Shown piece after piece: positions 25,916-35,369 of a DNA stretch of 64,000 nucleotides. A model generated the notes under the pieces. The model made no database searches and was not told the origin of the DNA. It was given only the letters and a program-made list of their open reading frames with translations. Numbering within the stretch: the first letter of the stretch is position 1; each line of letters opens with the position of its first letter. The position numbers were made by a program, and so were the translations under genes. The stretch spans positions 49,459 through 113,458 of the forward strand of contig CAXULY010000003.1 of NCBI GenBank assembly GCA_964252075.1, in the 5' to 3' direction. The DNA is from an uncultured Deinococcaceae bacterium (GTDB lineage: Bacteria; Deinococcota; Deinococci; Deinococcales; Deinococcaceae).

Positions 25916-25992
25916 TGGTGCACCCGAGTGGAATCGAACCACTGGCCTAGGGCTTAGGAGTCCCCCGCTCTATCCGACTGAGCTACGGGTGC
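25916..25992 (-). tRNA. tRNA-Arg(CCT), prophage attachment site
   Basis: GCACCCG TA GCTC AGTCGGATA GAGC G GGGGA CTCCTAA GCCCT AGGCC AGTGG TTCGATT CCACT CGGGTGC ACCA, 77 nt; TATAAT at 26010-26015 upstream. Confidence 0.93.
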
Positions 25993-26038
25993 GGGTGGCC
26001 GCAGGGGGGATTATAGCGCCTGTTCCTCCGCGCATTAG

Positions 26039-26068
26039 TTATGTTTTCAGCAGAATCTGTGCTACAAT
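26039..26068 (+). promoter_or_regulatory. RDRM (DdrO box) plus extended -10 of leaderless ddrC
   Basis: TTATGTTTTCAGCAGAA (26039-26055); TGcTACAAT ends 6 nt before the ATG. Confidence 0.88.
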
Positions 26069-26074
26069 ATTGCC

Positions 26075-26773
26075 ATGGAACCGCTCCGTCTTCACCGCCG
26101 CACCCGCCTCGGCAGCAGCGAGGTGAAACTCACCCCACAGGGCCGCCTGCACGCCCTCGAAGCGCTCGCCGTGCTGGGCGTGGCCATCGAGGCGTGGCCC
26201 CGACTCGCGCAGGAACACCAGCTCCGCGACACCACCTTCGACTTCGGGGACGGCCCCATCCCGACCCTCGAAGCGCAGGACTTCACGCGCCTCGCCTTCG
26301 CGCTTGACACCCCGCAGGCCCGCCGCTGGCAGGCGCGCGCCCAGCGCCTCCTGACCGCCTACGTGACGGGCGACGTGCACGCCGCCGCCGAGATCGCCGA
26401 GCGCAGCCCCGAACCCGAGCGCCGCGCATGGCTGAGCGCCCGCCTGGAGAGCACCGAGTCCCGCAAGCGCTTCATGGCCGCCGTCGCCCGCCAGGGCGGG
26501 CAGGGCAATGTCTTCCAGCAGGTCAGCTCCATCAGCAACCGCAGCGTACTGCAGAGTGACTCCGCCAGCCTGCGCCGCGAGCGCGGCGCGCGCTCCACCC
26601 GCGACGGGATGACCGCGCAGGAACTGCTGCGCCTCAGCTACCTGGAGTCCGCGAGCGCGCAGGCCATCACGCAGGGCCGCGCGCAGGGCAACGAGGCGAT
26701 CCTCGACATTCACCGCCGCATCGCGGAGCGCGAGCGCCAGACCTGGGACGGCCCGGTCGGCAGCGCCTCCTGA
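26075..26773 (+). CDS. ddrC: DNA damage response protein DdrC
   Basis: DF..LAFALDTP.ARRWQ.RA..LL...GDV..AA.IAER.PEP..R.WL.ARLEST..R...SISNR.VL...TRDG.T..ELLRL.Y matches recalled DdrC; RDRM upstream. Confidence 0.93.
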   Translation: MEPLRLHRRTRLGSSEVKLTPQGRLHALEALAVLGVAIEAWPRLAQEHQLRDTTFDFGDGPIPTLEAQDFTRLAFALDTPQARRWQARAQRLLTAYVTGDVHAAAEIAERSPEPERRAWLSARLESTESRKRFMAAVARQGGQGNVFQQVSSISNRSVLQSDSASLRRERGARSTRDGMTAQELLRLSYLESASAQAITQGRAQGNEAILDIHRRIAERERQTWDGPVGSAS

Positions 26774-26789
26774 ACGCCAGCACCGCCCA

Positions 26790-26813
26790 AGGCGCCTCCT
26801 AGGGGCGCCTTTT
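26790..26813 (+). terminator. Intrinsic terminator after ddrC
   Basis: AGGCGCCTC-CTAG-GGGCGCCT-TTT. Confidence 0.65.
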
Positions 26814-26861
26814 CTGCTGAAGCGCGCACCCTCGGCGCGGCCCCGCTCTACACTTGGCCGC

Positions 26862-27047
26862 ATGAAGTGGCCTCTGATCGCGGGTGTGCTGATCGCGAGC
26901 CTGCTGTGGTTCGGCGCGGGGGTGTGGAGCCGCGCGCGCAGCGGCCTGCCGCTGGACGCCGCCGCCGTGCAGGAACTGCCCACCACGCTGCTGTTCGTGG
27001 TGGTGGCGTTCCTGATGGTGTACTGGCGCAGCCGCCGGGGGCGCTGA
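26862..27047 (+). CDS. Small two-TM membrane protein
   Basis: Two hydrophobic segments; leaderless (TACACT 6 nt upstream). Confidence 0.7.
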   Translation: MKWPLIAGVLIASLLWFGAGVWSRARSGLPLDAAAVQELPTTLLFVVVAFLMVYWRSRRGR

Positions 27048-28001
27048 GTGCGGCTGGCGCTCGTGCACACGGGCGGCACCATCGCCAGCCGCCCCGACCC
27101 GGGCGGCGCGGGCCTCACGCCGCAGGGCGCGCCGCCCCTGCCGGACCTGCCGGGCGTGGCGGTGCGGGAGTTCCAGCCGTTCAACCTGCCCAGCCCGCAC
27201 GTGACGCCCGCGCACATGCAGCAGTTGCGCGCGCTGGTGGAGGAGGTGGCCGGGGACTTTGACGGGGTGGTGCTCACGCACGGCACCGACACCCTGGAGG
27301 AGACGGCCTTCTACCTGCACCTCACGCTGGGCGCGGACACCCCGCTGGTCCTCACGGGCAGCATGCGTCACGCCGAGGAACCCTCCTGGGACGGCCCCGG
27401 CAACCTGCGGGACGCGGCGAGCGTGGCGCTGCACCCCCTCACGCGCGGGCGCGGGCCGCTCGCGGTGTTCGGCGGGGACATCTTCGACGCGCGCACCGTC
27501 ACCAAGGTGCACACCACCGCGCAGGACGCCTTCGGCGGGTACCCCGGCCCCATCGGGCGCATTGACTACGGCCCGGCAGGCGCGGCGCTCCGGTACTTCG
27601 CGCGGCCTGAGTCCCGCCCACTGTTCGCGCCCGATCAGTTGACCGCGCGGGTGGAGGTGCTGTACGCCTACGCGGGCTGGCGCGGTGAGGGCTTCGCAGA
27701 GGCCGCCGCGCGCGCGGACGGCCTGGTGATCGCGGCGCTCGGCACGGGCAACCTGCCCGCCGAGCTGCTGCCCCTGGTGGAGGGCGCGCGGGTGCCCATC
27801 GTCATTGCGACGCGCACGCACGCCGGGCCGGTCATCCCGGTGTACGGCTACGCCGGGGGCGGCGCGACCCTGGTGCGTGCGGGCGCCATCCCGGCGTCCT
27901 TCCTGAACGCGCACAAGGCGCGCCTGCTGCTGATGGTGCTGCTCAGCCTGGGCCTGGACCGCGCGGGCATCCGGCGGGTGTTCGAGGACGGCGCCTTCTA
28001 G
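27048..28001 (+). CDS. L-asparaginase
   Basis: TGGTIAS, HGTDTLEET, TGSM, G.GNLP motifs. Confidence 0.95.
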   Translation: MRLALVHTGGTIASRPDPGGAGLTPQGAPPLPDLPGVAVREFQPFNLPSPHVTPAHMQQLRALVEEVAGDFDGVVLTHGTDTLEETAFYLHLTLGADTPLVLTGSMRHAEEPSWDGPGNLRDAASVALHPLTRGRGPLAVFGGDIFDARTVTKVHTTAQDAFGGYPGPIGRIDYGPAGAALRYFARPESRPLFAPDQLTARVEVLYAYAGWRGEGFAEAAARADGLVIAALGTGNLPAELLPLVEGARVPIVIATRTHAGPVIPVYGYAGGGATLVRAGAIPASFLNAHKARLLLMVLLSLGLDRAGIRRVFEDGAF

Positions 28002-28604
28002 CACCTCACAGGCGCGCGGCGCCAGCGGTTGGACGCGATGCGCCACGTGTACGCGCCCGCCGCCACCTCGACGTACGCGAGCGGCGCGAGCAGGCGGGCG
28101 CCCCGCACCATCACCAGCCACGCGCCGGACAGGGGACCAGAAGCCGGAAGCGCGTGGCGCCCGCCCCACTCAGCACCTGGTACACCGCCAGGATGCGCGC
28201 CCACCGCGAGCACCTATAGGTCCGCGTTGAAGACCCGGATGAGCGGGCCGGGCAGCGCCGCCAGCACGCCCATCCGGGCCGCCGCGAGGCCCACCTCACG
28301 CCACTCAATGAGTGCTGGGCATGCGTAAAAGCAGGCTGCACCCCCAAGAAGACGTTCGCCCGGCGCCGCACAGCGGCGCAGTCGTTGCGCCGTTCAGCGT
28401 GCCGCGGAACAGCAGGATGAGGGTTAGCGGACACACCGCCGTGAACCCTATGGCGCCCCCACCTGCACCACCCTCGGGCGCCCCATGCTGAGGGTGTCCG
28501 CGAAGCCCACGGCGGTGTTCGCGAGGGCGGAGGGTTCGCGCGTGTGGCCCTGCGGCGCTTCGGTGCGGGCGCTGGACAGGAACCCCGCGCGTATGCGCCG
28601 CCGA

Positions 28605-30293
28605 TCAGTCCCGGGTGGCGCCGGCCAGCTCAACGACCGCGCCGATCAGGGCGGAGTGCACGAAGGTCTGCGGGAAGTTCCCGAGCAGCTCACCGGAATC
28701 CAGGTCCACCTCCTCGGCGAGCAGGCCGAGGTCGTTGGCGTGCGCGAGCACGGCGTCCAGTATCTCCTGAGCGCGGGCGGGGTCGCGCGCCGTCCAGTAC
28801 AGGGCCACCCACAGGGTGCCCGCCAGGAACGCGCCCTCACCGCTGTCCGTTTCGCGCAGCGCGCGGCGGTACAGGTGGCCCTGGCGGTAATCTCGGTCCA
28901 GCACCTCGATGGTCCGGAGCATTTCGGGCGCGTCGGGCGCGCAGTACCCCCACACGGGGTACAGGGCCGCCACCACATCCACCGCTTCCTCGCCCGCGAC
29001 CGCCGCGAAGGCCCCCTCGCGGTTCAGGGCGTGGCCCGTGATCCAGCGGCGGATGTCGGCGGCGACGTCCCTCCAGCGCGCGGCGCGCACGGCGTCCGGC
29101 TGCGCGCCCGCCAGGGCCTCCAGGCCCAGCGCGCCCAGCACGCGGCTGGACACGTAGGGGCGGCGCGCCTGCTCTTCCCAGATGCCGTTTTCCTGTTCGT
29201 TCCAGTGCGCGCAGTAGTACTCGGTGATCGCTTCGAGCACCGGCCAGTGCTCCTTGAGTTCCTCGGGCGTGTAGAGCTGCGCGCTCGCCAGCATGATGTT
29301 GCCGTACACGTCGAGTTGCAGCTGGTCGTGCGCGTCGTTCCCGACGCGCACGGGGCGGCTGCCGCGGTACCCCGCCATGTCGAGTTCCCGCACGGGCGGC
29401 GCGTCCTGGAGGCCCACCGTGGCGAGTGGCGGGAGGGCCTGACTCAGGTCGCGGTCCGCGGCGTACTGGCAGATGAAGTTCAGGAAGCCGCGCCCGAGCG
29501 TGCCGGTCTTGGTGAGGCGCGACAGGGCGCGCACGATCATGCCCGCGTCGCGGAACCACACGTAGCGGTAATCGTAGTTGCGCGCGCCGCCCAGCACCTC
29601 GGGCAGGGAGGTGGTGAGGGCCGCGACGACGCTGCCGGTCTCCTCGAAGGTCAGCAGGCGCAGGGCGCGCAGGGAGTCCTGCACGGCCTGCCGGTAGGGG
29701 CCGTCGTAGCGCGATTCGCCCGCCACGACGCGCCAGGCGTCCAGCGTGCCTTCCAGCCACACCTCCGGGCGCGGCAAGGCGGGCGGCCCGTCTCCCAGGA
29801 AGGCCCAGCCGGATTCACCCGCCGGGATCTGCAATTGCACGCCGTTCCCCTGCACGTGCAGGGGGTGGGAGGCCGCCAGCCAGCGCCCATGCGGGAGCCG
29901 CAGGAGCGTCTCGCCCGGTGCGCCGGGCGTGGTGCCGGGTGGGAGGGTGAGCGTGAGGCGCGCGCCGCCCGCGCCGCGCACGAGGCGGCAGAGGCCGCGC
30001 GGCATCCCGGCACCGTAGGGCATGAAGTCCACCAGCGTGACCTCGCCCGTGGGGGTGCCCACCACCGTCTCCAGCACGCCGGTGTCGTCCAGGTACGCGC
30101 GGCGCAGGAGGGTCGTCACGTCCTCCAGCGTCCAGGCACCGCCACGCCCGGGGTCAATCAGGTGGGTGAGCAGCGGCTCGGCGTCGAACTGACCGGGGCA
30201 GTACCACACCACCTGACCGTGGCGGCTCACGAGCGCGGCGGTGCGGCGGTCCCCGATCACGCCGAGGTCGCGGATGCTTGGCTGGTCCATCAT
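28605..30293 (-). CDS. Glycoside hydrolase family 15 (trehalase/glucoamylase-like)
   Basis: TTSLPE..GG.RNYDYRY.W.RD, QLDVYG, GIWE, LLAEE, GNFPQTFVH. Confidence 0.92.
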   Translation of the reverse strand: MMDQPSIRDLGVIGDRRTAALVSRHGQVVWYCPGQFDAEPLLTHLIDPGRGGAWTLEDVTTLLRRAYLDDTGVLETVVGTPTGEVTLVDFMPYGAGMPRGLCRLVRGAGGARLTLTLPPGTTPGAPGETLLRLPHGRWLAASHPLHVQGNGVQLQIPAGESGWAFLGDGPPALPRPEVWLEGTLDAWRVVAGESRYDGPYRQAVQDSLRALRLLTFEETGSVVAALTTSLPEVLGGARNYDYRYVWFRDAGMIVRALSRLTKTGTLGRGFLNFICQYAADRDLSQALPPLATVGLQDAPPVRELDMAGYRGSRPVRVGNDAHDQLQLDVYGNIMLASAQLYTPEELKEHWPVLEAITEYYCAHWNEQENGIWEEQARRPYVSSRVLGALGLEALAGAQPDAVRAARWRDVAADIRRWITGHALNREGAFAAVAGEEAVDVVAALYPVWGYCAPDAPEMLRTIEVLDRDYRQGHLYRRALRETDSGEGAFLAGTLWVALYWTARDPARAQEILDAVLAHANDLGLLAEEVDLDSGELLGNFPQTFVHSALIGAVVELAGATRD

Positions 30294-30520
30294 GCGCCCA
30301 CGCTAGCGGGCGAAGCGCAACCGTGATGTACGGGACGGCACGGGAATGCCCGGGCGCGCGTTCATGATTGCGCGCCGCGACTGTCTCCGGGAGGGATTTC
30401 GGACTGTTGCCTTCAGGTCCGGCCAAGTCCACTTGAGCGTTCCTGCACGATTCTGTGGGTGCGCGGCGGAATCCTCTTGGGGATTCGGCGGGGCCGAGCG
30501 CCCCGGTCAGGAGAGGACCC

Positions 30521-31405
30521 ATGACCAAGAAACAGGACCCCACCACGCAGTACCCGCAGCCGCCCTTCCCCCGCCAGCCGATGGACGCGCCCGGCTCCAT
30601 TCACGACATGCACCCCACCCCGGACCACGGCGAGACCAGCTACCAGGGCCTGGGGCGCCTGACGGGCCGCAAGGCGCTCATCACGGGCGCGGACAGCGGC
30701 ATCGGGCGGGCCGTCGCAATCGCCTTCGCGCGCGAGGGTGCCGACGTCGCCATCAATTACCTGCCGGAGGAGGAGGCCGACGCGAAAGAGGTCATCGGGT
30801 ACATCGAGGCCGCCGGGCGCAAGGCGGTGGCGCTGCCGGGCGACATCATGGACGAGGCCTTCTGCCAGCAGCTGGTGCAGGACGCCGCCGCGCAGCTCGG
30901 CGGGCTGGACATCCTGGTGAACAACGCGGGCAAGCAGACCTCGCAGCCCGCCATCGCGGACATCACCACCGAGCAGTTCGACCGGACCTTCAAGACGAAC
31001 GTGTACGCGATGTTCTGGATCACCAAGGCGGCGATGCCGCTCCTGGGTGCGGGCGCGACCATCATCAACACGTCGTCCATTCAGGCGTCGCAGCCGTCCC
31101 CCACCCTGCTGGATTACGCGCCCACCAAGGCCGCGATCGTGGCATTCACGCAGGCGCTCGCGCAGCAGGTGGCGGAGCAGGGCATCCGGGTGAACGCGGT
31201 CGCGCCGGGGCCGTTCTGGACGCCCCTGCAGCCCAGCGGTGGGCAGCCGCAGGACAAGATCGAGAAGTTCGGGAGCGAGACGCCCCTCGGTCGCCCCGGT
31301 CAGCCGGCCGAGATTGCGCCGCTGTACGTGTTCCTGGCCTCGACGGAGTCGAGTTACAGCACGGGCGGGGTGTTCGGCAGCACGGGCGGCCTGCTCCTCA
31401 GCTGA
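30521..31405 (+). CDS. SDR oxidoreductase (YghA/YhdF-like)
   Basis: [26 protein letters not shown]. Confidence 0.92.
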   Translation: MTKKQDPTTQYPQPPFPRQPMDAPGSIHDMHPTPDHGETSYQGLGRLTGRKALITGADSGIGRAVAIAFAREGADVAINYLPEEEADAKEVIGYIEAAGRKAVALPGDIMDEAFCQQLVQDAAAQLGGLDILVNNAGKQTSQPAIADITTEQFDRTFKTNVYAMFWITKAAMPLLGAGATIINTSSIQASQPSPTLLDYAPTKAAIVAFTQALAQQVAEQGIRVNAVAPGPFWTPLQPSGGQPQDKIEKFGSETPLGRPGQPAEIAPLYVFLASTESSYSTGGVFGSTGGLLLS

Positions 31406-31410
31406 GTAAA

Positions 31411-31438
31411 GGGGGAGCCGGGCGTGCCCGGCTCCCCC
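31411..31438. terminator. GC-rich hairpin after the SDR gene
   Basis: GGGGGAGCCGGGC-GT-GCCCGGCTCCCCC. Confidence 0.55.
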
Positions 31439-31571
31439 TCGTGGCGACCGGCCACCTGACCCGCTCCGCGGGCCACGCGCATCGAAGAACCGCACAGACA
31501 TTCCCTGCACCACCACCGATTCTGAAGCCAAGCTGAACAGGCAGAGAAGCGAGTGGGGGGTGAGGTGGGGC

Positions 31572-31772
31572 ATGGCCGCAATCGCGAGCACGCAGGTGAA
31601 GTACATCCGGGTTGCGGGGTGGGTCGCGCGCATCGAACTGCACGCCCGCGTGGGCACACCGAACATCGGCAGCACCATCGATGCGGGCCGGCAGGGCCGC
31701 TGGCGGGTGCGTCAGGTCCTGCGCGAGGGCGGTCTCCTGATGGGCGCGCTGCTGGAAGCGGAGCGCGCCTGA
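31572..31772 (+). CDS. Small hypothetical protein
   Basis: ATG after GAGGTG; 66 aa. Confidence 0.4.
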   Translation: MAAIASTQVKYIRVAGWVARIELHARVGTPNIGSTIDAGRQGRWRVRQVLREGGLLMGALLEAERA

Positions 31773-31860
31773 GCCCGGCGCCCATCGCAGCGTCATTCAC
31801 CATGCACTGAAAGACTTTCGTCAGGCCCGCAGCCCTAACCTGAGGGGGACGAGGCCGAGC

Positions 31861-32067
31861 ATGATGCGTGTTGAACCGTTTCCCTCCACTGAAGCCACCG
31901 AACTGTTCGTGATTGACCAGATCGGTCTCGGGCCCATGCCCCTACTGCACAGCGAGGTGCGGGTGGACGGCGAGACGTTCACGGTCGTGGGGTACCTGCG
32001 CCGCGAGCAGGGCGCGCCGCTGCGCGTGCTGGTTGTGCGCGTACTGATCGCGCACGCCGTCGCCTGA
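31861..32067 (+). CDS. Small hypothetical protein
   Basis: 68 aa with GAGG RBS. Confidence 0.45.
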   Translation: MMRVEPFPSTEATELFVIDQIGLGPMPLLHSEVRVDGETFTVVGYLRREQGAPLRVLVVRVLIAHAVA

Positions 32068-32099
32068 CCACCGGGACTCCTGCTGCCCTACACTGGGGT

Positions 32100-32930
32100 G
32101 TGCTGCGCCTCGCTGGCCTGACCGTGTACCCCATCAAGTCCTGCGCGGGCGTGGCCGTCCCGCACGCGCGCCTGGACGCGCGCGGCCTCGCGCTGGACCG
32201 CCGCTGGATGCTGGTAGACGCGCAGGGCGAGGCCGTGACGCTGCGCCAGTGCCCGGCGCTGGCCGCCGCTCAGCCGCGCCTGGAGGGCGACACCGTGTAT
32301 GTGGGGGCGCCCGGACGACCGGACCTGACCCTTCACCCGGACGCGGGCGACCAGCCCATTACCGCGACGCTCTTCGGGCGGCGCGTCGCGGCCCTGGCCT
32401 GCCCGGAGGGCGACGCGTGGTTCAGCGCCCTGGCGGGACGCGCGCTGCGCCTCGTGCGGCTCGACCCGAGCGCCGAGCGCCACCTGCCGCAGGCCTTCGG
32501 GGGGCAGGCGCTCGCCCTGCAGGACGGGAACCCCGTGCACCTCATCGCGCGGGAGAGCGTGGAGGCCCTCGCGGCGCTCCTCCCCGAGCCCCTGCCGAGC
32601 GCCCGGTTCCGCGCGAACCTCATGGTGGAGGGCGCCGCGCCGTGGGCGGAGGACACCTGGGCGCGCCTGCGGGTCGGCGCTGTGACCTTCGAGGTGTACG
32701 AACCCACCCAGCGCTGCGCCATCGTGAATGTGCCGGTCGCGGGCGAGGCGGGCGGGCGCGAGCCACTCGCGGCGCTCGCGCGCACAAGGCGCACGCCTCT
32801 GGGCGTGCTGTTCGGCTGGAACCTGAGCCACGCGCCGGGCGGTGCGCTGCGGGTGGGGGACCCGGTGGAGGTGCTGGCCGTGCGCAACTCCCCGTTCGAA
32901 ACGGACGCACACCCTAGACTGTTGGGGTGA
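32100..32930 (+). CDS. MOSC-domain protein (YcbX-like)
   Basis: YPIKSC.G, DRRWMLVD, RFRANL, RC, LFG.N. Confidence 0.92.
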   Translation: MLRLAGLTVYPIKSCAGVAVPHARLDARGLALDRRWMLVDAQGEAVTLRQCPALAAAQPRLEGDTVYVGAPGRPDLTLHPDAGDQPITATLFGRRVAALACPEGDAWFSALAGRALRLVRLDPSAERHLPQAFGGQALALQDGNPVHLIARESVEALAALLPEPLPSARFRANLMVEGAAPWAEDTWARLRVGAVTFEVYEPTQRCAIVNVPVAGEAGGREPLAALARTRRTPLGVLFGWNLSHAPGGALRVGDPVEVLAVRNSPFETDAHPRLLG

Positions 32931-32955
32931 AGGTTTTCGCGCGCGGGGTGCAGGC

Positions 32956-35100
32956 ATGAGCGCCATCTACCAGAAGGCCCGGCCCGTCCACTGGGACGAG
33001 GTGGTGGGGCAGGAGCACGTCAAGGACGTGCTGGCCGCCGCACTCGCGAAGGGGCGGGTGGGGCACGCCTACCTGTTCAGCGGGCCGCGCGGCGTGGGCA
33101 AGACCACCACCGCGCGCCTGATCGCCATGACCGCCAACTGCGAGGGCCCCGAACCGAAGCCCTGCGGGGTGTGCGAGTCGTGCCGCGCGGTGCGCGCCGG
33201 CAGCCACCCGGACGTGCGCGAGATTGACGCGGCCAGCAACAACAGCGTCGAGGACGTGCGTGAGCTGCGCGAGAACGTGAACCTCGCGGCGATGCGCGGC
33301 GGCAAGAAGATCTACATCCTCGACGAGGCGCACATGATGAGCCGCGCGGCTTTCAACGCGCTCCTCAAGACGCTGGAGGAGCCGCCCAGCCACGTGATCT
33401 TCATCCTCGCGACGACCGAGCCGGAGAAGATCCTGCCGACCATCCTGTCGCGCTGCCAGCACTACCGCTTCCGGAGGCACACGGCGCAGGAGGTGGCGGG
33501 CAAACTCACGCGCATCTGCGAGGAGGAGGGCGTGCAGGCCGAACCCGAGGCGCTGGCGCTCATCGGTCGGCTCGCGGACGGCGCGATGCGTGACGGCGAG
33601 AGCCTGCTGGAGCGCATGTTCGCGGCGGGCGGCGCCGTCACGCGCTCCGGCGTGGAGGCCGCGCTGGGCTTGCCACCCACCGAACGCGTGGGCGACATGG
33701 CGCGCGCCCTGGTGATGAATGAGGCGGGCACCGTGATGGCGGGCGCGGGCGCCCTATACCGCGACGGGTACGCGGCGCGCACGGTGGTGGAGGGCCTCCT
33801 CACCGCCCTGCGGGACGCCCTGCACGCCGAGCTGGGCGTCGGGGAGGACGGCGCGCGCATCGAGGGCGCGGACCTGCCGCGCCTGCTGCGCCTGCAGGCC
33901 GCGCTGGACGCGCAGGAGTCGCGCTTCGCGCGCGGCGCGGACCTGCTCAGCCTGGAACTCGCGCTCACGCACGCCCTGCTGGCCGGTGAGGTCAGCACGG
34001 CCGCCGGCGCGCCCGCCACAGCGGGCGCGCCGGCGGCCGTGCCGGGCGACCTCGCGAACCGCCTCGCGCGGCTGGAGCGCGAGGTGAGCGGCCTGAAGTC
34101 CGCGCCGCCCGCCGCTCCAGCCGCGCGCGCGGGGGACGCCGTGCCGGAATTCAACCCCGGTGGGCGCCGCGCGCCCGAGCCGCGCGAGCCCGCCGCGCGC
34201 GCCGCGCCCGCGGAGGCCGTGCCGGGCGGCAACTGGGCGGACGTGGTGAAGCTCGCGGGCATTCAGATGCGCGCCTTCCTGAAGCCCGCGCGGGTGGACG
34301 TGGAGCCCGGGGTGCTGCGCCTCACGTACGACGAGCGCAGCAAGTTCCACGCGCGGCAGCTGCTGGAGAAGTTCGATGAGCTGCTGCCCCTGGTCCGCAA
34401 GGTCTTCGGGAACCTGATGTTCGAGGTGATGACGAGCGAGGGCAGCAAGCGCGCGCAGACCGGCGCGGGCGGGAGCGCGTCCGTCCCCGTCGCGGCCCCA
34501 CGGCCGCAGCCGGAGCCCACGCCCCCCGCGGTCACGCCGAAGGCCAGCGCGCCCGTGGACCGCGCCCCGGCGCCCGAGCCCGCCGCGCCGCGCGACCTCC
34601 CGGACTTCCGCCCGCAGGGCCGCAGCGCCGCCAGCGCGTCCGTGGCGCCCGCCCCGGCCGTGTCGGAGGTCGCGCCGCCCGCCTTCACGCCCAGCCGGAC
34701 CACCCGCCCGGAGCCCGCGCGGTCCGGTCCGGCGGTGCAGGAGCCGCCCGCCGCGCCCGCCCCCACCTACCTGGAGCCCGAGCCGGTCACGCAGGAACCC
34801 GACTGGGACGACCTGGGCCTGAGCTTCGAGGCCGCCGCGCCCGCGACGCAGGCGGCCCCGCTGGAAGTCCCGGCGGTCGCGACGCCCACGCCCGCGCCCG
34901 CCACCCCCCGAGCGGGCAGCGCGCCGCGCCGGGGTGCCGAGGTGGGCGGCGGGGTGCGCGGGCACCCGCTGTTCGAGGAGGCGCAGCGCCGCTTTTCCGG
35001 GAAGGTGCGCGAGGCAGGCAAGGTGCGCGCCGCCCGCCCCACCGAGGACGCCCCCGTGGACGACGCGGGCGACGCCGAGGCGAACCCCGAAGCCAGCTGA
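32956..35100 (+). CDS. dnaX: DNA polymerase III subunit gamma/tau
   Basis: YQKARP..W.EVVGQEH, GPRGVGKTT, EIDAASN, DEAHM, SRC; long Pro/Ala linker. Confidence 0.97.
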   Translation: MSAIYQKARPVHWDEVVGQEHVKDVLAAALAKGRVGHAYLFSGPRGVGKTTTARLIAMTANCEGPEPKPCGVCESCRAVRAGSHPDVREIDAASNNSVEDVRELRENVNLAAMRGGKKIYILDEAHMMSRAAFNALLKTLEEPPSHVIFILATTEPEKILPTILSRCQHYRFRRHTAQEVAGKLTRICEEEGVQAEPEALALIGRLADGAMRDGESLLERMFAAGGAVTRSGVEAALGLPPTERVGDMARALVMNEAGTVMAGAGALYRDGYAARTVVEGLLTALRDALHAELGVGEDGARIEGADLPRLLRLQAALDAQESRFARGADLLSLELALTHALLAGEVSTAAGAPATAGAPAAVPGDLANRLARLEREVSGLKSAPPAAPAARAGDAVPEFNPGGRRAPEPREPAARAAPAEAVPGGNWADVVKLAGIQMRAFLKPARVDVEPGVLRLTYDERSKFHARQLLEKFDELLPLVRKVFGNLMFEVMTSEGSKRAQTGAGGSASVPVAAPRPQPEPTPPAVTPKASAPVDRAPAPEPAAPRDLPDFRPQGRSAASASVAPAPAVSEVAPPAFTPSRTTRPEPARSGPAVQEPPAAPAPTYLEPEPVTQEPDWDDLGLSFEAAAPATQAAPLEVPAVATPTPAPATPRAGSAPRRGAEVGGGVRGHPLFEEAQRRFSGKVREAGKVRAARPTEDAPVDDAGDAEANPEAS

Positions 35101-35137
35101 GGGGCGGGAGCGCGTATGCGCCTCGCCCTTCAGCGCG

Positions 35138-35296
35138 CTAGAAGCGCCGGCTGATGGCCTGCCACACGAAGTACGCCACGGCAATCAGCACCACCAGGCT
35201 GAGCAGCCTCAGGGCGATGCCCGCGACGAAGCGAAACACGACCAGGGCCAGGATCAGCCCCACAATCCAGGGGAGCCAGGCGGCCAGGGCTTTCAT
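35138..35296 (-). CDS. Small membrane protein
   Basis: Own translation MKALAAWLPWIVGLILALVVFRFVAGIALRLLSLVVLIAVAYFVWQAISRRF; TAGCAT 6 nt upstream. Confidence 0.65.
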   Translation of the reverse strand: MKALAAWLPWIVGLILALVVFRFVAGIALRLLSLVVLIAVAYFVWQAISRRF

Positions 35297-35369
35297 GCCC
35301 TCATGCTACCGCCGCGCGCCGCGCGGAACGGCGCCGGGGATGTGGAGGCCCTGGCGCCGTTCTTCATGA

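Larger units (their letters stand above)
1..25960. mobile_element. Temperate prophage (siphovirus-like), right part; extends beyond the window start; integrated in tRNA-Arg(CCT)
   Basis: Continuous tail-neck-capsid-portal-terminase, replication, early, immunity and integrase modules ending at a tRNA 3' end; attL not in window, so the right boundary is approximate. Confidence 0.95.

Noticed and set aside
34440..34960. Low-complexity Pro/Ala region of dnaX as a repeat element or frameshift site
   Set aside because: Typical tau linker; no A6G or T9 slippery run seen
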